Shown here one piece after another: positions 18,476-29,100 of a DNA stretch of 64,000 nucleotides (the stretch's first letter is position 1; every line of letters starts with the position of its first letter). The notes below the pieces were generated by a model that was given only the letters and a program-made list of their open reading frames with translations, did not search any database and was not told the DNA's origin. This stretch comes from Spirochaetia bacterium (GTDB taxonomy: Bacteria > Spirochaetota > Spirochaetia > CADAEX01): NCBI GenBank assembly GCA_963662795.1, contig OY759746.1:1120001-1184000 (forward strand). The letters are read 5' to 3'. The position numbers and the translations under genes were made by a program.

Positions 18476-18522
18476 ATAATGTCAACTTATTTATATTCAT
18501 TACTTTGATAACTGAGAGTTAT
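18476..18522. promoter_or_regulatory. Two LysR-type ATAA-N7-TTAT boxes
   Basis: ATAATGTCAACTTAT (18476-18490) and ATAACTGAGAGTTAT (18508-18522). Confidence 0.65.
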
Positions 18523-18758
18523 TAAAAAGCGGTTTTTGCGGGTAAATTTGACCTGCAGGGGCAATTTAGCTGCATTTTCCAAATTTTTAAAACTGAGGTT
18601 TAAATCTGTATAGCAGACATTTATTATAACAAACAAACTATACTATTTTGCATTTTTATATTATTATGGGTGTTAATAAAAAATCGTTATTAAAGAACAA
18701 CTGCACCGCAGTTGTTCTTTTTCCTTTCAAAAGCAGATATTTTCATGGGGAGAACACA

Positions 18759-20102
18759 ATGAACAGTGATTTTATAACAAAAATGAATGCCTTGGTTATT
18801 GCAAACAATAAAATCGACCCTGAACTGTATAAAAAGTACAATGTAAAAAGAGGACTCAGAAACAAGGACGAATCAGGTGTACTTGTCGGACTTACTGAAA
18901 TCGGCGATGTCCACGGTTATCTTTTTGATGAGGGAGAAATGCTGCCTGACGAAGGGAGACTTCTTTACCGCGGTATAAATATCAAGGATTTAGTAAAAGG
19001 AATGATAGCAGATGACCGCCACGGCTTTGAAGAAACAACCTACTTTCTCCTTTTCGGCGAACTTCCTTCATCTGACCAGCTTGAAGAATTTAATATTGTC
19101 CTTGATTCCTACAGGAACCTGCCTAACGGTTTTGCAGAAGACATGATAATGAGGGCGCCAAGCCGCGATATCATGAACAAACTCGCCAGGAGTGTTTTGG
19201 TATCATATTCATACGATAAGGATGCTGACGATATCAGTATTAAAAATGTACTGCGTCAATGCATAGAACTGATTGCCCGTCTTCCGACTATGGCGGCCTA
19301 CGGCTATCAGGCTAAATCCCATTATCACGATGGCAAAAGTCTTGTTATCCACAAGCCTAAACCCGGAATAGGAACAGCCGAGAACCTTCTGCATCTTATC
19401 CGCAGCAACAGCGAATATACAAAACTTGAAGCCCAGGTCCTCGACCTTGCCCTCGTTCTTCATGCAGAACATGGAGGGGGCAACAATTCTACCTTTACAA
19501 ATCATGTTGTCACATCAACAAATACAGATACCTACGCTGCAATTGCTTCCGCGTTATGCTCCATGAAAGGCCCCCGGCACGGCGGTGCAAACAAAAGAGC
19601 CCTCAATATGATGGACAATATTATGGAAAATGTTAAAGACTGGAACAATGAAGATGAAATTTGCGGATATCTTGGAAAAATACTGAAAAAAGAGGCTTTT
19701 GATAAAACAGGACTTATTTACGGTTACGGACATGCAGTTTATACACTTTCAGACCCGAGAGCAGTACTGCTTAAAGCCAAAGCGGCAGAACTTGCTGAGG
19801 AAAAAGGACTTGATAAGGAATTCAACCTGTACAGGAATGTTGAAAAGCTTGTCCCTGAAGTTCTTTTCAAAGAAAAAGGTTATGAAAAAAAGATATCGGC
19901 CAATGTTGATTTTTATTCCGGCTTTGTCTACAGGATGCTGAACATCCCTACAGCGCTTTACACTCCAATTTTCGCGATTGCGAGAATGGCCGGCTGGTCT
20001 GCCCACAGGATTGAAGAGCTTATAAGCGGAGGCAGAATAATCAGGCCTGCATACAAGAATGTTTCTGAAAGAAAGGAATACGTTCCTCTACCTTCAAGAT
20101 GA
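18759..20102 (+). CDS. gltA: Citrate synthase (Si-type, Firmicutes-like)
   Basis: LHAEHGGGNNST, GPRHGGAN, GYGHAVYTLSDPRA and NVDFYSG, with all catalytic residues intact. Start at the ATG after SD GGGGAG. Confidence 0.93.
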   Translation: MNSDFITKMNALVIANNKIDPELYKKYNVKRGLRNKDESGVLVGLTEIGDVHGYLFDEGEMLPDEGRLLYRGINIKDLVKGMIADDRHGFEETTYFLLFGELPSSDQLEEFNIVLDSYRNLPNGFAEDMIMRAPSRDIMNKLARSVLVSYSYDKDADDISIKNVLRQCIELIARLPTMAAYGYQAKSHYHDGKSLVIHKPKPGIGTAENLLHLIRSNSEYTKLEAQVLDLALVLHAEHGGGNNSTFTNHVVTSTNTDTYAAIASALCSMKGPRHGGANKRALNMMDNIMENVKDWNNEDEICGYLGKILKKEAFDKTGLIYGYGHAVYTLSDPRAVLLKAKAAELAEEKGLDKEFNLYRNVEKLVPEVLFKEKGYEKKISANVDFYSGFVYRMLNIPTALYTPIFAIARMAGWSAHRIEELISGGRIIRPAYKNVSERKEYVPLPSR

Positions 20103-20159
20103 TAAGTGAAATACATTGATTTTACTTTTGGGGTAAAACAAGAAAGAAAGGAAAAAAAA

Positions 20160-21956
20160 ATGAGATTTTTCAACCTGAGTTCAATTAAAGCCAGGATATT
20201 TATCGGATGCCTGTCGCTGATGTTTATTTTCAGTATCGCACTTGGTTTTATGCTCTACAGCAGCGAAAGAAACACTAAAACAGTAAATTATGTTACCGAA
20301 CAGCTGGTTCCTGTAACAGTTGAGCTTCTGGACCTCCGGAATCAGATAAAAGAACTTGAAATGCTTTTTTATGATGCATCGCTGGCAAAAGACAATAAGT
20401 CGATTGCGCTTGCCGAATCAATTTATGCAGACATTCTGTTAAAAATAAGCAATATAAGGACAAACCTCGACGGAACAAAATTCAGTGACATAGCAGATCA
20501 CTTTGAAGCATCAGAAAGTGTTTATACAATGTTCTATGATGAAGGGATAAAAATGGCTATGGCATATATGAACAAGGGAGATGATTACGGCAATTCCCTT
20601 AAAAAACTCGGATTTGCCCCCTTGTCTACACGGCTGCAGGATGAAATTCAGTTAATCGTTACCCGGTTAAAAAAAGAACTCTCAGAGACAACGGTTGCAG
20701 CCGGAAATGTCATGGAATTCTCCAGGAATATTACAATTATCCTTGTTGCCATAAGCATAATTATATCCCTTTTCATGGCAATGCAGATTGCCAATTCACT
20801 TTCCAAACCCATAAGTGTAATGATAGACTCAACAACCAGAATTGCAGAAGGAGATCTCTCCGTTCTTCCCGTATACAGTAAAAAGGATGAAATAGGTAAA
20901 TTCTATGAGAATTTTGCAACTGCGATAAACAGCCTGAAGAACCTTATTTTTGAAGTAAAAGACGCATCCGGAAATACTGTAAACATAAGTGAGAGGATAA
21001 TCGCATCTGCCTATGAGACATCAGGAAACATAGAAAGCATACTGCAGCTGATTGCATCTGTAAAAGAACTTTTTGGATATCTTTCAAAAGCAGTCAGCAC
21101 AACCTCCGAATCTGTTGAAAGCATCACTAAAAACATTAATTCACTTACAGAAATGATAAATGATCAATCTTCGGCAGTTACACAGACATCAACATCACTG
21201 GAAGAACTTTCTGCCACAATAAATAATGTTAATAATATCGCAAATACAAACCTGGAAGAATCGCGTGAATTAACACAGATAACGGTTCAAGGGGGAGAGA
21301 AAATAGAAGACACAAAAATCATAGTAGAGGAAATAGCCAATCTTGCCTCTGACATGTATGAAATACTTGAAATTATCAACAATGTAGCACGGCAGACTAA
21401 TCTTCTTGCAATGAATGCTTCCATTGAAGCGGCCCATGCGGGAGAATTCGGTAAAGGCTTTTCTGTTGTTGCAGACGAGATCAGAAAACTTGCTGAATCA
21501 ACAAGTGACAACTCAGGTAAAATAAACAGTCTGCTTGAAATGATAAATGGAAAAATAGCAGCTGCTACCAGCATTTCAGGCGAAAGCCAGGCAGGATTTG
21601 CCGCAATCGACACAAAGATGGTGAAATTTATTAACGCCTTTACAGAGATAGCCTATAACATGAATGAAATGTCTTCCGGGACAGGAGAACTTAACCAGGC
21701 CGCATCCAGCCTTGCCGGTATAACAAAAAATATTGAAACAAGCGCTTCAGGTATAAACTCAAGAACAGAACAGATTGCCAAAATCATCGGACAGCTCAAT
21801 TCGACATATAATGAAACGAATACCGCTATCACAGAAATTGACAGCGTAGTAAGAAATATTCAGGATTCAATGAAGAACCTTGTCAAACTTACCGGCAACA
21901 ACAGTGATATCGTAACCCAGCTGGACAGTGAAATAAACAAATTCAAGCTTGTTTAG
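20160..21956 (+). CDS. Methyl-accepting chemotaxis protein
   Basis: Two TM segments, HAMP domain and QTNLLAMNASIEAAHAGEFGKGFSVVADEIRKLAE. Confidence 0.95.
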   Translation: MRFFNLSSIKARIFIGCLSLMFIFSIALGFMLYSSERNTKTVNYVTEQLVPVTVELLDLRNQIKELEMLFYDASLAKDNKSIALAESIYADILLKISNIRTNLDGTKFSDIADHFEASESVYTMFYDEGIKMAMAYMNKGDDYGNSLKKLGFAPLSTRLQDEIQLIVTRLKKELSETTVAAGNVMEFSRNITIILVAISIIISLFMAMQIANSLSKPISVMIDSTTRIAEGDLSVLPVYSKKDEIGKFYENFATAINSLKNLIFEVKDASGNTVNISERIIASAYETSGNIESILQLIASVKELFGYLSKAVSTTSESVESITKNINSLTEMINDQSSAVTQTSTSLEELSATINNVNNIANTNLEESRELTQITVQGGEKIEDTKIIVEEIANLASDMYEILEIINNVARQTNLLAMNASIEAAHAGEFGKGFSVVADEIRKLAESTSDNSGKINSLLEMINGKIAAATSISGESQAGFAAIDTKMVKFINAFTEIAYNMNEMSSGTGELNQAASSLAGITKNIETSASGINSRTEQIAKIIGQLNSTYNETNTAITEIDSVVRNIQDSMKNLVKLTGNNSDIVTQLDSEINKFKLV

Positions 21957-21962
21957 GTTTTA

Positions 21963-23606
21963 TCAATTCTCATATATGTTTCTTGCCAGGGGGACCCTTC
22001 TCCCTATTCCAAAAGCCCTCGGTGATATTTTCAATACCGGCGGCGCCTGTACCCTTTTATGCTCTGATCTTGCCACAAGAGAGATAACAGAGCCCACAAG
22101 TGCATCATCGAAACCGTATCTGACAATTTCTTCCCTTGAGCAGTTCTCAACAATATAAAGCTTAAGAATTTCATCAAGAATAGAATACGGCGGCAGCGAA
22201 TCCTCATCCTTCTGATCAGGTCTGAGTTCCGCGGATGGGGGTTTTGATATTATCAACTGTGGAATTATATTCCCTCCTTTTGTGTTGATATACCTGGAAA
22301 GAGCAAATACATCTGTTTTGAAAAGATCTCCGATTATTCCGATCCCGCCTGCCATGTCGCCGTACAATGTACAGTAACCGGTTGACAGCTCGCTCTTGTT
22401 GCCTGTCGTGAGAAGCAGCGATTTCCACTTATTGGAATACCCCATCATGAGCGTTCCCCGTATTCTTGCCTGAAGGTTTTCCTCTGCAAGATCAAAAGGT
22501 TTTCCCCTGAAAAAGGGAGCAAGCTGCTTTATGAACTGATCGTATATTGGTTTAATAGGTATGGTTTCAAGTTCAAGCCCGAGATTGGAAGCAAGAAGCC
22601 GGGCATCTGTAATACTTCCTTCAGATGAAAACTCGGACGGCATGGCAAATACTTTGACATTTTCCTTTCCTATAGCCTTAACAGCAAGTGCTGCAACCAA
22701 AGCAGAATCTATCCCTCCCGAAAGGCCCAGATGGACTTTTTCGAAGCCGCATTTGCCGAGATAATCCCTTAAACCCAGAATCAAAGCTCTTTCAATATCA
22801 CTGTAGTAATCTTCTTCAAAATTAATCTTTTTATAATTTTTTTCTGTATCATAAATAAATAAATCTTCCTCAAATCCCTTTCCCGAGATGATAAGGCTGC
22901 CGTCTCTGTCTGATACCATTGAATTCCCGTCAAAAATAAGACTGTCATTTCCTCCCACAGAATTAACATAGACAACAGGAACAGCCCCTTTTCTGCTTAT
23001 ACTGCTTATCAGATCGAATCTTGTTTTTCTTTTACCAGCAAAAAACGGAGAAGCAGAAGGAGAGATAATAAGCTGAGCCCCCTTATCAAGCAGTTCTTTC
23101 ACAGGGTCATCCTCATACCCCTGTCTGAAACCGTCAGGAGAATGGCGCCACAAATCTTCACATATTGCAATTCCTGTTTTTATCCCGCAGATATCAAATG
23201 TTTTTCTTGAGGATGCTGATTCAAAATATCTTGATTCATCAAAAACATCATACGAAGGCAGAAGGGTTTTTGCCTGGCTGAAAATAATTTCTCCGTTTTT
23301 TATAACACTCACATTATTGCAATAGCTTTTCCCTTTGCTGTTCAGATTACGGGAAACATGCCCGACAGCCGCCGCAATTCCGGCAGGAATATCTTTCTGA
23401 AGCCTCCGTAAAGATTCTTCATTCTTTTCATAAAAAATATCCTGATCAAGCAGATCGAGAGGCGGATAGCCGCACAGGGCGAGCTCGGGAAAAATAACCA
23501 GATCAGCGCCTTCAGCCAGCGCCGTTTTTATGTATTTCAGTATTTTTTCCCTGTTGCCTGAAAAATCGCCGATAATTGTATTTATCTGTACTGCTGCAAT
23601 TTTCAT
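21963..23606 (-). CDS. nadE: Glutamine-dependent NAD+ synthetase
   Basis: Nitrilase domain (FPEL, ICEDLW), LGLSGGIDS, ENLQARIRG, TGNKSE and PSAELRPDQKD. Confidence 0.95.
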   Translation of the reverse strand: MKIAAVQINTIIGDFSGNREKILKYIKTALAEGADLVIFPELALCGYPPLDLLDQDIFYEKNEESLRRLQKDIPAGIAAAVGHVSRNLNSKGKSYCNNVSVIKNGEIIFSQAKTLLPSYDVFDESRYFESASSRKTFDICGIKTGIAICEDLWRHSPDGFRQGYEDDPVKELLDKGAQLIISPSASPFFAGKRKTRFDLISSISRKGAVPVVYVNSVGGNDSLIFDGNSMVSDRDGSLIISGKGFEEDLFIYDTEKNYKKINFEEDYYSDIERALILGLRDYLGKCGFEKVHLGLSGGIDSALVAALAVKAIGKENVKVFAMPSEFSSEGSITDARLLASNLGLELETIPIKPIYDQFIKQLAPFFRGKPFDLAEENLQARIRGTLMMGYSNKWKSLLLTTGNKSELSTGYCTLYGDMAGGIGIIGDLFKTDVFALSRYINTKGGNIIPQLIISKPPSAELRPDQKDEDSLPPYSILDEILKLYIVENCSREEIVRYGFDDALVGSVISLVARSEHKRVQAPPVLKISPRAFGIGRRVPLARNIYEN

Positions 23607-23724
23607 AAATAAACCTCTTTTACAAAAAATATATTATAAAGGGAAAAATCACAACACTACAATCAATACATGGATATCGCTTTAATTGACATGTGCGTTG
23701 AATAAAATATAAAATCAAATCTCT

Positions 23725-24396
23725 ATGGAAGAATCAGTATTTATCGTTGATCAGGGAACAGGAAGCGGAAGAAAAATATCGGATGCCTTTTTATCAGGCG
23801 GCTACAGGGTTATAAGAACAGAAATTGAACCTTCGGACAGTCCGCAGCAAAGTGAAGATGACAGGTTTATAAGGCTTAAATGGAATTGTTTTTCACCATT
23901 TTCATCAAAAAATGTTATTCTTGGCCTCAGGCTCTATAATGAAATTAAATATTCAATAATAATTTTTTCATCCCCGGAAACAGATATGCCTTTATTCAGG
24001 CAGAATCATGCAGAAATACAAAAGTCGATTGATTTTTATATTAAAAGCCAATTATTGATTACGAGAGAACTTCTGGGGGAGCTTTCAAAACATAAACAGT
24101 CCCGCCTTTTTCTGGTACTGGAATGCCGAGGCAATAGCACAACAGCGTACCGGCAATTTTTCAGGGCATTAATAAATGATATGCTGAATGAACAAAAAGA
24201 CAATGGAATAATAATAAACGCATTTGAGTCAGGGAAAGAAAGTGATGAAGCCTTTGCTAAATATGTTTACAGCACAATACGTGGCAGAGCCTTAAAATCA
24301 AAGGGGAAATGGTTCAGAAAATTCAGCTTTTTGAACTACATGCTGAATCCATTCGGTCTTGATATGTTCCACGTTAAAGAGGACAGGCAGGACTAA
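23725..24396 (+). CDS. Hypothetical protein, degenerate SDR/Rossmann-like
   Basis: N-terminal beta-alpha with GTGSG; no clear catalytic YxxxK; upstream TTGACA-N18-TAAAAT. Confidence 0.5.
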   Translation: MEESVFIVDQGTGSGRKISDAFLSGGYRVIRTEIEPSDSPQQSEDDRFIRLKWNCFSPFSSKNVILGLRLYNEIKYSIIIFSSPETDMPLFRQNHAEIQKSIDFYIKSQLLITRELLGELSKHKQSRLFLVLECRGNSTTAYRQFFRALINDMLNEQKDNGIIINAFESGKESDEAFAKYVYSTIRGRALKSKGKWFRKFSFLNYMLNPFGLDMFHVKEDRQD

Positions 24397-24441
24397 CTGC
24401 CCCCGATTGACTTCCAATCCGTTATTATATATTGTTTTACT

Positions 24442-25674
24442 ATGAAAATATGGGTTAAATATCTGATCGGGCTGGTACTTGGAATAATTGCCGGCATTGT
24501 TTTTTCAAATAGTTCATCTGCGGCTGTGCAGGCGGTAAAACCTTATGCTGATATCTTTATTCACATTGGAAGATACAGTTTTTATCCTCTTGTATTTTTT
24601 TCACTTACCATCGGGATTCACGAACTGCTTCTTAATAAAAAATTTTTTGTAATCCACAGAAATACCTTCCTGATGATTATTACCGCTGCTTTTTTCACAA
24701 CCATTATAGGAATTTCAATTACACTGCTTTTTTCGCCTGAAAGAATACCCGTGCTTCTTGAAAAGAAAACTGTAGAAACAATAATGCCGCTGTCAGAACA
24801 GCTTTTTTCCATATTTCCAAAGAATCTTTTTATAATTTTTTCCGATAATGGCAACTTCATACTCCCTACAGTTTTTCTTGCATTACTTTTGGGCGTTAAC
24901 CTTAATTTTGACAAAATTGTAACAAAACCTGTCGTTCAGCTTTTTGATTCCTTAAACCGTATTGCGTACAATATCAACAGCCTAATCCTCGAAATAATGG
25001 CGCCGGGAATGGGATTCTTTTCTGCATATCTTTTTTTTACAGTTTCATCAATCAGGCAGATAGCGCTTTACAAACAGCTTTTTTTGATACTTTTTATATG
25101 TACGGCATTCATGATTTTTCTCGTTTTCCCGGCTATACTTTACATGATCGGATTTAAGGAAAAACCGTATAAGTATCTGTACGCCATTGCAGGAGCTGCC
25201 ATAGCAGGTTTTTTAACAGGGGATAATTATCTTTCCAGCAATGTTCTCATACGCCATTGCCACGAGAATCTTGGCATTTCAAGGCAGACAGGATCGGTAT
25301 CGGTCACACTTTTTGCAATATTCGGCAGGGCAGGAACAGCTCTTGTCTCGTCAGTCTGTTTTATTCTTATGCTAAAGTCCTATTCAAGTATTGATATAAA
25401 CTTTCTTCAGATACTTTATGTTGCACTGTTGATTTTTTTGGTATCGTTTACACTTTGTTCAGTTCCCGGAATGGGAGTAATGGTACTTCTTACAATTGTT
25501 TCAACAATATACGGACACGGGATTGAAGACGGCTACCTGATGTTCAAGCCGGTACTGCCTCTTCTGCTCAGCTTCGCTGTTCTTGTTGATGTTGTAACGG
25601 CCGGAATCTCATCAATGATAATAGCCCATCTTGACGGAGAAAGAAACGATATAGAGATAAGGGAATTTATCTGA
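24442..25674 (+). CDS. Dicarboxylate/amino acid:cation symporter family protein
   Basis: Multiple TM segments, PLVFFSL, IFPKN and SVPG; substrate motifs are divergent. Confidence 0.75.
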   Translation: MKIWVKYLIGLVLGIIAGIVFSNSSSAAVQAVKPYADIFIHIGRYSFYPLVFFSLTIGIHELLLNKKFFVIHRNTFLMIITAAFFTTIIGISITLLFSPERIPVLLEKKTVETIMPLSEQLFSIFPKNLFIIFSDNGNFILPTVFLALLLGVNLNFDKIVTKPVVQLFDSLNRIAYNINSLILEIMAPGMGFFSAYLFFTVSSIRQIALYKQLFLILFICTAFMIFLVFPAILYMIGFKEKPYKYLYAIAGAAIAGFLTGDNYLSSNVLIRHCHENLGISRQTGSVSVTLFAIFGRAGTALVSSVCFILMLKSYSSIDINFLQILYVALLIFLVSFTLCSVPGMGVMVLLTIVSTIYGHGIEDGYLMFKPVLPLLLSFAVLVDVVTAGISSMIIAHLDGERNDIEIREFI

Positions 25675-25680
25675 TATTTT

Positions 25681-26340
25681 TTAGTTTCCGGGACTCTTTT
25701 CCTGTACTTTAAACGAAAAGATAAGACAAAGCCGGACTGACAGCTGATCAGTAATCGCCCCTCCGTCCCACAGATGATACAGCGGAAACAACAGGTCAAG
25801 ACGGCTTTTAAACGATTTCAGCGGCGAATAATTCCATTCAATCAGACCTCCCGCTTCAAGAAATATAAATCTGCCGCCATAAAAATAAGAGAGGATATCT
25901 GCTTTCTGTGTGTCACCCTCTCCCCATGTTTTCATGGGAACCCTGAGGACCAGAAGAGGAGAGGCAAGCCATCCCCAATCAATATTTTCTCTGAGGCGGT
26001 ACTTCATCACATAGGGAGAATCAAGGAAAATGCTCAGCAGCAAAACAGAATCCGCGTATTCGATCTCTGCGGGCAGGGCCATGCTTTCTTCTGCCGACCA
26101 GAGATAGTAATTTGCTGTCATTGCAATTGATGGCTCGATAAAACTATTCTCTCTGAATGCAAAACTTGCAGCAGCCCCTATAAACGGAAGTATTGGAGAA
26201 GGGGCTCCCTCAGCGCTGCTGTTGCCGGTAAACATAACCCCGCCCATGGCGCCGATTGAATCAATTCCATATAAAGAGAAAGAGGTAAAAGGAAAGACAG
26301 CAAGAAAGAATATTGCAATATATTTTTTCATTTCCATCAT
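25681..26340 (-). CDS. Exported hypothetical protein (possible outer-membrane beta-barrel)
   Basis: Signal peptide, alternating beta-strand pattern and SAEGAPSPI. Confidence 0.55.
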   Translation of the reverse strand: MMEMKKYIAIFFLAVFPFTSFSLYGIDSIGAMGGVMFTGNSSAEGAPSPILPFIGAAASFAFRENSFIEPSIAMTANYYLWSAEESMALPAEIEYADSVLLLSIFLDSPYVMKYRLRENIDWGWLASPLLVLRVPMKTWGEGDTQKADILSYFYGGRFIFLEAGGLIEWNYSPLKSFKSRLDLLFPLYHLWDGGAITDQLSVRLCLIFSFKVQEKSPGN

Positions 26341-26352
26341 CTAATTAAATTA

Positions 26353-27495
26353 CTATTGAGTAATTTTTTCAACCTTTTTTTCATTTATTATCGAAAGACC
26401 GGCTTCCCCTGTAAGGTAAAACTGCTGATGTTCCCAGGCTGCATATAGTTTTCCGTTCTGCCAGTAAAGTGCTGTATAAAAATAATCATCCGGAAGTTTA
26501 TCAATTTCCAGCATTAATATTTTATTATTTTCAGCCGTATAGATCCTCTTGCCGTAAGTAAAAAAATACTTTCCGTCTCCATCCGCCGCATTTATTTTCT
26601 CATACTTTTCCCTGTTTCCGTTAAGACTGCCGGCTGAATACTCAAGAGGTGCCGGCATATCAGGATCGCGGAGAGTCAAATCTATTATTTTATCTGTTCC
26701 ACCCGTTATTTCCAGAAGCTGATCTATGTTTTTTTTCAACAGGACCGGGGCAGTGCTTTTTTTCAGCTCCATTATTGAAGATTTAAAAATCTGCTCGGTT
26801 ATCTCTCTTATATTCCCCCCCTCAGGTGTAGTGTGGGTAAAATATCTGAAGAGTGTTTTTGTTTTACTGCTATGTTTCCAGGCTGAATACCAGACTTTTT
26901 CTTTCAGGTTGAGTTCTGTAAGTGAATATCCCTCCGGAAAAGAAGGATAAGCCGACGGCTTATCCGGAGCATATTTTTTAACAGTATTTCCCTTTAAATC
27001 AATTTCAACAAAAGGATCAGAATCACCAGAAAGATAATCACCGGGAAAAAAAGTATTTTTATATATATGACATAAAATGGTATTCTCTTTTTTTATGATA
27101 TTCCCTGTAGTTTTTTGTGCAAAATTCTCAGCGCCAAAATAAGAAATATCACCCTCCCCTCCGCCCAGGCTAAAAAGGGCAACCCCTTTTCCGTTAACAC
27201 AGACAGCTGTCCCATTATCTGTTCCCGCGATATCTGAGATCCTCACGGATAAAGGCCACGGATAAAGTGCCTCTGCATTCTGAAGTTTATTTTCCGGGGA
27301 ACTGATTTCCCTGAACCACCCTTTAGAACCTCCTTCCCTTTCGAGGAGCAGATGTACTATTGGCGATACTGCTTCTGCATCAGCTTTTATTTCAGATTGT
27401 GCTGAATCTGATGAGTTTTTTACACAGCCTGTCAGAAGCAGCAATACAAGAAAAATATTGGCTGTTATCGGGTATATGGATTTTTTACTGATCAC
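26353..27495 (-). CDS. Hypothetical lipoprotein
   Basis: Lipobox LLTGC after a hydrophobic stretch. Confidence 0.65.
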   Translation of the reverse strand: MISKKSIYPITANIFLVLLLLTGCVKNSSDSAQSEIKADAEAVSPIVHLLLEREGGSKGWFREISSPENKLQNAEALYPWPLSVRISDIAGTDNGTAVCVNGKGVALFSLGGGEGDISYFGAENFAQKTTGNIIKKENTILCHIYKNTFFPGDYLSGDSDPFVEIDLKGNTVKKYAPDKPSAYPSFPEGYSLTELNLKEKVWYSAWKHSSKTKTLFRYFTHTTPEGGNIREITEQIFKSSIMELKKSTAPVLLKKNIDQLLEITGGTDKIIDLTLRDPDMPAPLEYSAGSLNGNREKYEKINAADGDGKYFFTYGKRIYTAENNKILMLEIDKLPDDYFYTALYWQNGKLYAAWEHQQFYLTGEAGLSIINEKKVEKITQ

Positions 27496-27498
27496 TTC

Positions 27499-28173
27499 TT
27501 ATAAGGCAAGTGTCTCTACCATATATCTTACAGAGACAGAATCCTTTTCAGTTATTGTTTTTGCGATAACAAGAACCATGCTTCTCTCGTCAGGAGACAG
27601 GAAGATTTTCCTTATACTGTAACCTGAAACATTTTTCCTCTTAACAGAAGGAGTCCCGGCTGTATATGCTTTTACCGGTGATGAAGAGCTTTCCGCAAGA
27701 ATTTTTATCCCAAAAGATGATTCAGGAGCGGCAGAACTTCCGGAAACATTCTGCTGAAGGCTTATTTTATATGCTTTCCCTGTTTTAAAATCCCTGAATT
27801 CAAGATCTCTTACAGGGTCACCATTGATATTAATATAAAGACACCGGCCTTTTTGAAGCGGGTCTATACCGGCCTTTTTTGCCGTATCTGATATTTCAAA
27901 TAATCCTTTATAAAAAGCACCGGTTCCATCCTCCATGGAATAAGCTGTAAGAGGATACTGTTTTTTGATTACCCCGTCTTTTGTAAAGCTGTTTTTGGGA
28001 ACATCAACTGTATATATATCTGAATACACAGATGTTTCTGATACCCCGTACTGGGCAAACATAAAATATCTGGAATCACCGGAAAAACCTATATCGGTGA
28101 AGGTCGCGATATCACCCGCAAAAAGAGAATAACTTCCCAAAAAGTATGAAATAATTATTAATATTTTCCGCAT
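27499..28173 (-). CDS. DUF2259-like secreted protein
   Basis: Signal peptide, then AGDIATF..IGFS.D.RYFMFAQYG, and C-terminal VRYMVET. Confidence 0.7.
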   Translation of the reverse strand: MRKILIIISYFLGSYSLFAGDIATFTDIGFSGDSRYFMFAQYGVSETSVYSDIYTVDVPKNSFTKDGVIKKQYPLTAYSMEDGTGAFYKGLFEISDTAKKAGIDPLQKGRCLYININGDPVRDLEFRDFKTGKAYKISLQQNVSGSSAAPESSFGIKILAESSSSPVKAYTAGTPSVKRKNVSGYSIRKIFLSPDERSMVLVIAKTITEKDSVSVRYMVETLAL

Positions 28174-28266
28174 ATTTTTTCATCCCCTAATTTCTTATCG
28201 AACAAAACATTGTCTTTCATGAAAGATTTTTATATTATTGAACTATCAGGGACAGGTATAAAAATT

Positions 28267-29043
28267 ATGACAATAACATCAAGGAATAGCATTGCGCTTG
28301 GAATTATTCTATTATTATCTTTTATAGTACTTTTTTTACTGATTGCCCCTTTTTCACTTACCAGGGGCAGCACAGCTTCCGGTTTTAGGGATTTTCTGAC
28401 CCCCAACTATATTTATTCTGTTCTTCTTATTATCTATGCCATGGCAGTGATGATTTATGTCAGAACATTTTTCTATAAGACAAACAGCCACGAAATATTC
28501 TTCTTCATGCTGTTCCTTTTAACAATCATGTTTGAATCCTCCCGTTCCCTTATCGTCATTTTAAAGTATCTTGACTCTCCATCAAGCTACATAATGTTTC
28601 TTTCAAGAACAGCTTATTTTGGTAAAATTTGCGGTACTGCCGCTCTATTTGCCGCAGCTTTATTTTCCTCTGAAATTGAAACAAGAAAGCTTGATACCCC
28701 GATAATAATTATTGTTGTCCTCTCTTTTTTGCTTTCCTCTTCAATTCCGCTTTCAGACAATTTACTGCAGAACAGCTATTACAGTCCCGGTTTTTTTAAT
28801 TATTTTATTTTTGCGCTGATTTTTATTGATATACTTACAATTATAATTTTTTTTATTATTTTCTTTCAGAAAAAAAACAGGGAATACCTGCTGCTTGCTC
28901 TCAGCATACTGCTTATCTCATCAGGAAGAGAGATTTCGTTTTATTTTTCGTCTATTGAATATTTTTCAATCGGAATTATTTTTATGATTATCGGAGCTGT
29001 TCTTTATTCAAACAATCTGCACAGTATATATAAATGGTATTAA
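28267..29043 (+). CDS. Multi-pass membrane hypothetical protein
   Basis: About 8 hydrophobic segments; start codon uncertain (28210 or 28267). Confidence 0.65.
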   Translation: MTITSRNSIALGIILLLSFIVLFLLIAPFSLTRGSTASGFRDFLTPNYIYSVLLIIYAMAVMIYVRTFFYKTNSHEIFFFMLFLLTIMFESSRSLIVILKYLDSPSSYIMFLSRTAYFGKICGTAALFAAALFSSEIETRKLDTPIIIIVVLSFLLSSSIPLSDNLLQNSYYSPGFFNYFIFALIFIDILTIIIFFIIFFQKKNREYLLLALSILLISSGREISFYFSSIEYFSIGIIFMIIGAVLYSNNLHSIYKWY

Positions 29044-29072
29044 AAAAGCCTGCACAAAAGTACAGGCTTTTT
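29043..29072. terminator. Bidirectional terminator
   Basis: AAAAAAGCCTG...CAGGCTTTTT between convergent genes. Confidence 0.75.
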
Positions 29073-29100
29073 ATATTCACAGTCATACGTTGATAAAATA

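Noticed and set aside
18648-18758. N-terminal extension of citrate synthase in the ORF track
   Set aside because: A better start exists at ATG 18759 with an SD; the extension lies in the promoter region.
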